Part shown: piece by piece, positions 54,090 to 64,000 of the stretch | How positions within the stretch are numbered: position 1 is the stretch's first letter | How the letters are laid out: each line of letters starts with the position of its first letter | Source: Octopus sinensis | Lineage: Eukaryota | Length of the DNA stretch: 64,000 nucleotides | Direction of reading: 5' to 3' | NCBI RefSeq assembly: GCF_006345805.1 | Contig: NC_042998.1 | Span: 113,274,001-113,338,000 of the forward strand | Notes under the pieces: model-generated | What the model saw: the letters and a program-made list of their open reading frames with translations, nothing else | What the model was told of the DNA's origin: nothing | The model's database searches: none | Translations under genes and position numbers: made by a program

Positions 54090-54883
54090 CACATTGCTCA
54101 CAAAGCACTAGTCAAACTCCAAGACACTTGAAGAAAGTGTCATCCAATGCAATTGAATCCAGAACCATATGGCTGGAAATCGAACTTTACCAGACAACCA
54201 TACTTTATCTTATATTTCCTATTATTGCAGTTAGGTTGTAATTTAGTGGGTTCTAAGTATGTAATATCTATATTGGTTTCATAACCTATATTGAATAGAT
54301 TTATCAATTTATACAGCTGTGTGGGTATCTATGTACACAAATGTTTGTAGTGATCTGGTTCCTCTTACCTTTCCATTTTTTTTTTGCGTTTGTGTCTTGG
54401 ACCCTGTCCTAACTAAAAATGACTTTATCTTAATTTATAACTTTTTATGAGGTCAAATATAATCATAGACTTTTCCTTATCTTTCCTTTCTTCAGTATTT
54501 CTCCCTCTGTTGTATTTCCCTATTCACTCTCATCTCTGATCCAGGTTGCAAGTTCCGCTTCATAAACTTGATGGTAACATTGTATATTCACTCTCCAACC
54601 AAATTTAGGTTGGTAGTCAAATGACACTATGTACTTGTTCTTGAGATGTTCAAAATGTTTAATTCTTACATGTATTCACCTGGTGCAAAGGTTATTTTTT
54701 TTTGCCTAATGTAATACTTTTGTTCATCAATAAAAAAACATGCTTGAAACAGCCGTGGTGAACCACAATTCATCTGTTATCAGTGTGTGTGTGTGTATAT
54801 ACAAACATACATGCATAAGCTGAATTGGAAGCAAATTTAAGTGTTAAGCAGGTTACTTCAAAAACATTTGCTGATATTTTCAG

Positions 54884-54972
54884 AGTTCACTCAAGATGTG
54901 ACAGATGTTCAAATGATTAAAGTGGCTCCAGTTATCCTTCCAGAAATGTACAAAATATTTGTACAAGCTGAT
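54884..54972 (+). CDS. IPO9: IPO9 coding exon 4
   Basis: [30 protein letters not shown]. 89 nt, GTAAGT donor. Confidence 0.95.
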
Positions 54973-55578
54973 GTAAGTGAAATTATAGTTTTATTACTAT
55001 CAGTTTTTTTTTTTTATGGGAAAGGAATATTTATAATTGTTTAAATCCATTTGATAACTATATAAAATAGTATTTGTTTAGCTCCAGGTCAGTCTTGATT
55101 CAGTTGACTGTGACCTGCCAGCATGGAAGACAGATATTAAATGATGTAGAATGCAGTCTAGAATGGAGATTTGACTGCTATTTCTTGTAGGCTGAACAAC
55201 TACATAAAAGCTCCCTCTTTGGTTGATAAGAATTGGTAACTATTGATAGAGTAATACTAGGCTTATTATTACCAACTTTATTAATTTTTGTAATAAAGTT
55301 TTTAGCTTTTTTTTTTTATTCAAATTTTTTAAAAAGATAACACAAATGCTGATAGAGCATAACATAAAATGCACAGCAACATAGATAAAATTTCTGTGAA
55401 ATCTGTCCACCCTATGCCAGCATGGAAAAATTGACATGATGGTATATGTTGGAATATGTCTTGTTTGTTGTCAGCTGTAAGGCTCAGCATTTTGAGATTT
55501 ATCCTAATTACTCCATATTACTATAGTACTTTATTCTGTCAGTATTCATCTTTATCAGCACTGTAGTCTCTCTTACGT

Positions 55579-55787
55579 TTACCTATGTTCAGTTATCCTC
55601 TCTCTTACCTATGTTCAGTTATCCTCTCTCTTACCTATGTTCAGTTATCCTCTCTCTTACCTATGTTCAGTTATCCTCTCTCTTACCTATGTTCAGTTAT
55701 CCTCTCTCTTACCTATGTTCAGTTATCCTCTCTCTTACCTATGTTCAGTTATCCTCTCTCTTACCTATGTTCAGTTATCCTCTCTCT
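55579..55787. repeat. 26 bp minisatellite, 8 copies
   Basis: Perfect copies of TTACCTATGTTCAGTTATCCTCTCTC. Confidence 0.95.
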
Positions 55788-57307
55788 CTCCTAGCTCTGT
55801 ACTCCACCTTTTATTTAAGTTAACATTACACATCCAACTGATCATAGCTCTGTCATTTCACTCCATCCTCTATTACCTATATCTTTCTATCATATAGTAT
55901 CACATGCCTCACATACGCCATACAATTTTTTTAGCAAGTTAAACTTCGTTGTCATCTGTGGTTATAACCCAATAAACCACCCTTTTCTTACTCCAACCAC
56001 TATACTTTCACTACAGCCAACTCTGGCACCTAATTCAGTTCAGTATTAAGGCAGCAGTTCATAATATCCTTATCTTTGTCATTTGGCTAGAAATTAACCT
56101 GTCTCTTGGTTTAACACCCCCGTTTAGCTCTTAGGAACCTTTAGCAAAATCCACTTGGTTGCAAGTATTGAGACCAGGTTATTGGTTTGAACACAACTAA
56201 ATATCTTGACTTGCTACTTTCTATTGCAGCAAACATTGATTTGGGTTTTTTTCCTCTCTTTCCTCTACAAGTCTCAGATGTCCAGTGTAACTCCTAAGTG
56301 TCTGTCTTCCTCTGACTAAGCAAAGAAAGAACTGAAAAATATCACATTGAGTTTTAGTTGTTTATCTCTGAGATCTAATAACATTTAATGCAGAGCCATT
56401 TGCAATTAGCCCTGTACTAAGCCACATACTGAATAGAACTGAGCTGTATCTTTGATACCTAGATAAATTCCTTCCCAAATAATTCTGAAACAAATATTTA
56501 TTTTTGCTTGTTTATCAGTTATCATCATCATCAGTAATAAAACAAAAAACAAAGTGGGATGTGACAGCTGAAGACATGTATAGGCTTGAAAGCAAAGAAG
56601 CCAGTATGCTTCACTGGATGTGCAATGTCAGTGTGCATGCACAACAAAGTGTAAGCATCTTGAGAGAAATGTTGGACATAAGAGGCATCAGATGTGGTGT
56701 GCAAGAGAGATAGCTGCGCTTGTATGGTTACATGATGTGTATGTACTAGGACAGCTGTGTAAAGACCTTTGGTGACATCCTGTGCCTAAGACCTGTCAAG
56801 TGAAATCGTAGTTGTGGCTGATGCTGGTGTCACATAACTGGCACATAAAAAGCACCTTTCAAGTGTTGGACCTCATGGCGGCAATGACGAATGACCGAAA
56901 CCTTTGACATTATGCTATGCTGAAGAAGACCCATCAAGCCAAGTAAAATCGCAGCCATGGCAGATACTGGTGTCATGCAAATGGCATCCGTGTCGGTGGC
57001 ATGTAAAGGCACCCATTACACTCTTGGAGTGGTTGGTGTTAGGAAGGGCATGCCAAATCAGACTGGAGTCTGATGCAGCCTTCCAGCTTACCAGCCCTGG
57101 TCAAACCATCCAACCCATGCCAGCATGGACAATGGACGTTAATTGATGATGAATTGGCCTTTCTAGCTTCAGTTGGTATTGTTGTTTAGCTCATCAAATG
57201 GTTTTCATTAGATGTTCCGTGTTCAGCCATTCATATTTTCTTTTATTTATAGAACTGCATATGCAATTTATCCTAATTTTCTGACAGTAGGATGTGATTT
57301 GAAGGAA

Positions 57308-57556
57308 ATTTGGTTGCTATTTCTAACAGATTGAGCAAGTACATAAGGGCCCCTTGTTCTGTCTTCAGTAGCGTCAGGCAGTTGTGAACATTTGGTTGCT
57401 ATTTCTAACAGATTGAGCAAGCACATAAGGGCTCCCTTGTTCTGTCTTCAGTAGCGTCAGGCAGTTGTGAACATTTGGTTGCTATTTCTAACAGATTGAG
57501 CAAGCACATAAGGGCTCCCTTGTTCTGTCTTCAGTAGCGTCAGGCAGTTGTGAACA
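57308..57556. repeat. 82-83 bp tandem triplication
   Basis: Units start with ATTTGGTTGCTATTTCTAAC at 57308, 57390 and 57473. Confidence 0.95.
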
Positions 57557-57888
57557 TAGAAGTTATCAAGCAATAAAAAAAAAAAAAAAGCAACGGTATA
57601 TAAATATCTGGAAGGTGGACATGTTGGTTGGGTAGTAGGTATTTTAATAGTGATTCACAATAATCTGTCTGTTGCTGTCATTTCTTTGCATCCTTAAAAT
57701 TAGATGCAAATTTGATATTTTTATATTTTATTTGTTTGTCATTTGACTGCAGCCATGCTGGAGCACCACCTTTAGTCGAACAAATTCACCTTATTCTTTG
57801 TAAGCCTAGTACTTATTTTATAGATTTCTTTTGCTGAACTGGGACGTAAACACACCAACATCAGTTGTCAAGTGATGGTGAGGGGACA

Positions 57889-58062
<174 letters not shown>

Positions 58063-58277
58063 AGCTTTCAGTCTCCATCTACCAAGTCCACTCACAAATC
58101 TTTGGTCAGCCTGAGGCTATAGAAGACACTTGCCCAAGGTGCCACGCAGTGGGACTGAACCCGGAACTATGTGGTTAGGAAGCAAGCTTCTTACCACACA
58201 GCCACGTACATTTTTATTTCCTTCTTGTATTTTAAAAAGAAATGAAATTGCATTTAAAATGTTTTTTTCTTTTGTAG

Positions 58278-58364
58278 ACATACAGTATTCGTACGCGTAC
58301 TCGAGCAGTCAACATCTTCAACACTTGTGTTGCTATGGTAGCTACTATGATGGACACACACAAA
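58278..58364 (+). CDS. IPO9: IPO9 coding exon 5
   Basis: TYSIRTRTRAVNIFNTCVAMVATMMDTHK. ttttgtAG acceptor, GTAAGA donor; 87 nt, phase 0 to 0. Confidence 0.92.
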
Positions 58365-58919
58365 GTAAGATCAGTCTCAATGGTTTCTTCTCTAATATTT
58401 GTGATATATCATTCAGATATTTATCGTGGCCATGCTGGTGCACTGCCTCAAGAAATTTTAGTTGAACCAATCGACTCCTGTATTTATTTTCTTTTTGAGC
58501 CTGGTACTTATTCTATTGGTCGCTTTTGTTGAACTGCTAACTTACAGGGATGTAAATGCACCAATACTGGTTGTAAAGCAGTGGTGCAGGACACAGACAG
58601 ATGAAGGGCTTATTTCAATTTCTGTCTACTAAATCCACTTGCAAGGCTTTGGTCAGCCCAAGGTGCCACGCAATGGGAGTGAATGTGGAACCATGTGGTT
58701 GGGAAGCAAACTTCTTACCACACAGCCACATTTGTATTGATGAAATTAAATTGAGCTTTATAGCTAATAGCCTAACTCTGTCACTTGCATTATAAAACTA
58801 ATTTTGTCCATTTAAGGATGCACAAAATCTCTTACATTTTGCATCTGTTTGACATATGCACTAGAATTCAATGACAAGATTACAGAATTTTGATAATTTT
58901 TGATACTTCATAGTTGATA

Positions 58920-59250
58920 CTGTATTAAAGAGATAAGAAAGTGGTAGAATAGTTTTTGTATGTTAAATGGTGGCAATAGTCTCCTTCCAAATTTCGTTAA
59001 CATCTTGGATCAAATCAGGAATCTAAGCTGATTTCTGTAGAAAAAAAAATAACATTTAAATTCTGTTTTGCTTTTTTTAATTTTTTTTTTTGTATTAAGA
59101 GATAAAGGAAAGTGGAAGAATAGTTTTTGTATGTTAAATGGTGGCAATATCTCTTCCAAGATTGCTTTAACAATCTTGGATCAAATCAGGAAATCTAAGC
59201 TGATTTCTGTAGAAAAAAAATAACATTTATCGTTCTTGCTTTTTTAATTT
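58920..59250. repeat. ~170 bp tandem duplication
   Basis: TGTATTAA(A)GAGATAA...TTCTGTAGAAAAAAAAATAACATTTA occurs twice with small indels. Confidence 0.85.
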
Positions 59251-60301
59251 TTTTTTTTTTTTTTTTTGTTGTTGTTATTTCTGAATAAGTTTTAAAAGCT
59301 TTTCCACATTGGAAATATAATAGAATTAATTTGTCTGACTCCAGTTTAGCTTTAGGTGCAGGTAATTTAAAGTAGCTGGCCTTTGTGACTCATTTTTTCT
59401 CTTGACACCCATACTGTGTTCACTACCCTAGGCCTTGCACTAACGACTATATCCAGTCATTCCCTGTCTCCTCAGAACATCACCACTCTGGAATTCATTT
59501 CTTGCCCATGTTTTTCCTGCAGCTGTCAATTTGTGGATATTCAACATTATCAACCATGTTGATCTCACCTGCCTTGGAGCACCTGTAAAAGCTGTAAGCA
59601 CATCACCTTCATTAAGACCAAACCATTAAAAAAACCTCAGAAAGCTGCCAGGCATTTACAAAAATCTTGTTGTTTATATGCCATAAAAGTATATCAAGGT
59701 TTAGACACTACCTAACTGGAGTAGTTAATAATAGTTCTCATTTTACTGCCAAGTGGATGGTGTTTGGAAGTCACTGGTTCAGCCAATCAAGTAAATATTA
59801 CTTTGCAAACCCTTTGTGAGTTAAGCCTTAGAAGCATTAATATATATTAAAAAAGTCTCTAAATGATGTGGTTTCATGGAAGATTCTGCCAAGTACTTTA
59901 CAAAGGGGAATGTATAAATTCCTAAAATCTTAAACATTTTTGGTTGTGAGCTACAATCTCGACGTGGCTGAATGCAGTAGCACTTAACTATTCTTTACAG
60001 ATTACATCACCCAGTTATTTGGTAAAAGCATGACGATTGCAATATTTTATTTCCTTTCCTAAAAATTTTGACTTCATGCTCATAATGTTTTTTCTTGTTT
60101 TAAAAAGACTTGTTTCAATAGTTTATAAAAATTATTTATGAGAACTATTCAAATGAAAATATTTGTTAAATGGTAATGAAAATCTTAGAAAAAATTAAAA
60201 ATTTACTTAAATAAAATAATGATGAAATCTATGTACGTTTAATGAAATGTTTTGTACTCTTAGCCAGAAGGATCTTTGAATGTGTGACATTTATTTTGCA
60301 G

Positions 60302-60421
60302 GGTATTGTTAAGGCTTTACTATTACCCGTCCTTCCACAATTTACTGATGCTTTTATCAGTGCCCTTCAGGTTCCTGATGGTGAAACTTCAGATAGTGGC
60401 CTCAAGATGGAAGTTCTTCAG
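60302..60421 (+). CDS. IPO9: IPO9 coding exon 6
   Basis: GIVKALLLPVLPQFTDAFISALQVPDGETSDSGLKMEVLQ; 120 nt. Confidence 0.95.
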
Positions 60422-60525
60422 GTATATTTATTTCTTCTCAGTTTTTGTTTCTAGTTTAAAATTACTAATGTGAAATTGAAAATTTTGACAAATCTAAATA
60501 TTTTTTTCCTTCTAATTTTATACAG

Positions 60526-60626
60526 GCTGTCACAGTTTTAGTGAAGAATCTCCCCAAAACAATGTCTACATGGTTACCTCAAATCCTTCCTCCAGTCTGG
60601 AATTTGTTCACACACAGTGTGGAATT
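60526..60626 (+). CDS. IPO9: IPO9 coding exon 7
   Basis: AVTVLVKNLPKTMSTWLPQILPPVWNLFTHSVE; 101 nt, followed by a GTATCCTTT donor. Confidence 0.93.
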
Positions 60627-63600
60627 GTATCCTTTTTTTTATTTTTTGTAAACTAAATTATTTGATTTAATTGACTTATGAAATATGTTGCAGACTTCTT
60701 CTATTTTGTGTTCTGCTCTTGGCTTCACTGATATCTGGTGGTATATATTGTGTTTGTTGATGATATTCTCTGTCATATGTGTCTAGTTTGGCTCAGATTC
60801 CTTGGTATCTACTCTTAGTAGCAGGATATGCACTTCTTATTTTTATTAATCCTTTTATTTCTCTTTCAAAAAGTTGAATCTCATGCAAGATTAAGCAAGT
60901 CATAAAATCCAAGTTTGTTTCGGATACATTTTGATTGAGGATGATCATGTGATCAGGTTTAGAAACTTTTGTAAGTTCTTCCCTATGTCTGTTCTTTAAT
61001 GTCATGTGACAATCCCTTGCAATCTAGGCTGAATTTTATCTGTCAAATATAGTAGAGGAAGATTTTGTGATTAGTAGTAATCTCAGAAATTTTTGTAGGT
61101 TCTCCACTATGTCCATGCTTCAATGTGACTATTTTTTGCACCAAAAAGTCAAGGCTGGCACAGTTGAATGAACATGTCTAGTGAGTCCCAGAATAAGGTT
61201 CTCTAAATTTAATCTGTTGAGTGGTAGAGTGGACAGCAGTTGTTTCTACAAAGCCTGGTGGTTGAATAGTTATGGTTTGCATCTATGTATGCAGGTATCA
61301 AATTTAGCTGAAAATGTGCAGAAAATAGACTCCATCAACTACCAAGGGGGCAAGCTTCCATTATCTATATACCTCAGTTAGTAGTGGAGGTGGATGCTCT
61401 GAGAATATAACTGTGAGAATAAGATTAGGCTGGACAAAGTTCAGAGAACTCCTACCCCTTCAGGCAAGGCAGATTGATGGCAGTGAAACATGCTGTGACA
61501 GCCGAGGACATGCATAGGCTTGAAAGAAATGAAGTCAGTGTGCATGCTCGACAAAGTGTAAGCATCCTGAGAGAAAAGTTAGGCATCAGATGTGGTGTGC
61601 AAGAGAGATGACTGCACTGGTATGGTCATGTGATGTGTATAGATGAGGACAGCTGTGTAAAGAAGTGCCAATCTCTCTGGAGGGAACCTGTGATAGAGGT
61701 AGACCCAGGAAGATATGGGACAAGGTGGTGAAGCATGATCTTCGAACTTTGAGCGTCACACCGGCAATGACTAATGACGGAGATCTTAGGCGATGTGCTG
61801 TGCTTGAGAGGACCCATCAAACTAAATGAGGGCAGTAGCCAAAACGTTTGGCATTGTTGTGCTTGAATACCCGTCAAGCCAAGTAAAATTGCAGTCGTGG
61901 CAGATACCGGTGTCATGCAAATGGCACCAATGCTGGTGGCACAAAGAAGCACCCATTACACTCTGAGTGGTTGGCATTAGGAAGGTCATCTAGCCATAGA
62001 AAACCATGCTAACTCAGACTGGAGTCTGGTGCAACGTACCAGCCTGGTCAAACCGTCCAACCTATGCCAGCATGGAGAACAGGCATTAAATGAGATACCC
62101 TGCTCTCATCATACCACTATGGAAGGTGGATGTTAAATTATCATGATGATATGTATGTGCAGGTATCATTATCATCATCGTCGTTAACGTCCACTTTCCA
62201 TGGTGGTATGGGTGGTATAACGAGAGGGTAGGCAGGAACCTGCACCAGGCTTCTGTGTCTGTTTTGGCATGGTTTTTACTGCTGGATTGCTTTCCTAACA
62301 TCAACCACCCAGCAGATTGGACAGTGCTTTTTTACATGGCACAAGCATAGGCAAGGTCAGTTTTAGTGGTGGTTTTTACATCTGGATGCCCTTCCAAACA
62401 CCAACCACTTTACAATATGGATCGAATGCTTTTTGTGTGGCACCAAACACTGGCAGTCACCAAGTCACTTACAAGACAAAGATCCTTTGGGAGGAGAGAG
62501 GCATTGGAGATAGTGATCTTGTATGAGATGATGAAAAATGAAAGGTTTGAGTGAGACAGAAACAGGTGTCTTGCTGTATATCAGATACATGGTTACCTGG
62601 CTACAGAGAGTGATCAGGAATGAGACAGAAGCAGGTGTGCTGCTGTAAAGGAGATACATGGCTATCCAGACTGATAGAAGTGCAAGAGAGGAGAAAGAGT
62701 GCGGGAGAGAAATGGTGGCATACTCACAAGGAATGGGGATCAGAAAATAGATGGGATGTTTAGGTAAAGGAAGAGAGAGAGATAGATGGTGGAAAGTATG
62801 GAGGTCATAACGTAAATCGCAGGGTATTGCTAAAGAAGCATAAGGGCCAAAAGTAGTGTAGTGACTGGTGAAAACCTGGGTATATAGTGGGGGTGGGGGA
62901 CTATGGGATAAAAATGATACAGTGAACAGGGCTGTGAGAATAGAATTGAGAATGAGCAATAAGCATAGTGCATGAAAGAGGAAATATGAGGAAGAGATAT
63001 TGTTTGAATATATACATAAAGAGAAGTTGAAAATGCACTGATTTGTTTAAAGACTTAGCTGGTTTCACAGATTTTTCTAATTTTCAAAAATCAGAAGCAA
63101 GGCAGAATGAACCCCTGTGCATTTTCAACTTTTTTTTATATTTCTACCCATGTAGAATAAAATAACTTCTTTTATTTTGTTTTATATATATGTGTGTGTG
63201 TGTGTATAGACAAATTGCACTTAGAATTCCCTATTTAGAAGTCATTTTACTGCAGGATCCCTTTATTATCTGTGGTAATTAGGATTTTAAATATGACATC
63301 CATGTATAATGAAATTATGAAGATAGAATTAAGCACAAAAATGGCTTGAATATGCCTTTCCATCGGTAGGTCATTTTGTATTTTTTTACTATTTCTTGTG
63401 GATGCCTAAGTTTCTGGGGAAATGGTGAGTTAGAGGATACTTTATTGAAGAGGTCTTATAATACAAAAAACATAAGTTGACCCTTTCACTGCACTGTCCA
63501 CATATTATTTTTAATTTCTCTCCCCGTTCTTTTCTTTATTAGTATTCATTAAACTAATGAGGCTGTCTCCTACCACATCTAAAATTTTAATCAGTTAAAA

Positions 63601-63714
63601 TTACTTGAGTTACTACAATATGTTAGCACTGATTTATACATATATGTTGTGGCCATCCCTGTGGTTTTTTTTATTCTCCATTTTTGTCAAAATGTTATCT
63701 TTAACCCATTTCAG
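60627..63714 (+). other. IPO9: U12-type (minor spliceosome) GT-AG intron, IPO9 intron 7
   Basis: 5' splice site GTATCCTTT at 60627-60635. Branch-site-like TCTTTAAC at 63698-63705, about 10 nt before the CAG acceptor. Confidence 0.88.
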
Positions 63715-63773
63715 TTATGTTCGTACTGTTGTAAACAACACAGAGGAAGCTGATAATCCAGTGGATTCAGATG
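63715..63773 (+). CDS. IPO9: IPO9 coding exon 8 (gene continues beyond the window end)
   Basis: (F)YVRTVVNNTEEADNPVDSDG. 59 nt, GTAAGT donor; phase 2 matches exon 7. Confidence 0.93.
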
Positions 63774-64000
63774 GTAAGTTAGATTATATTAGAACTGCAG
63801 TGAATGGTAGTTGAGTGAGCAACAAAAAATGTTTTCTACTGTTTACAGTCTTCATTAAATCAACCTGTAAACATTGGGAGACCTGGATAGTCCTAAATAT
63901 ATTTTCTTAGGAATGAGATGACACTTTTTAATAATATACATATTTTGTAACTTTATATATATATAAATGGAAACTTGATATGACTGGCCTATCTGTATTA

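Noticed and set aside
55579-55787. Regular 26 bp repeats (CRISPR-like periodicity) and overlapping repetitive ORFs
   Set aside because: No unique spacers and a eukaryotic intron context; it is a minisatellite.

Overview
AT-rich, repeat-dense animal genomic DNA. The repeat families suggest an octopus or related coleoid cephalopod (inference). Two intron-rich housekeeping genes point away from each other. RPN1 (ribophorin I) is on the minus strand, with six coding exons from 22275 down to 997, and continues past the left edge. IPO9 (importin-9) is on the plus strand, with eight coding exons from 45023 to 63773, and continues past the right edge. All exon phases were checked by hand, and IPO9 intron 7 is a U12-type (minor spliceosome) intron. 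Introns and the ~22.7 kb spacer hold SINEs, RTE/CR1/L1-type LINE remnants, a Penelope-like RT remnant, Tc1/mariner elements and MITEs. The standout is a non-coding tandem array at 29995-31543: about 3.1 nearly identical ~497 bp units inserted in a (TA)n tract. Each unit carries a type I hammerhead ribozyme with an unusually long, G-U-rich stem II, inside an extensively base-paired monomer. This is a candidate cephalopod retrozyme (self-cleaving circular RNA) family. Most entries in the ORF track are spurious or transposon-derived.
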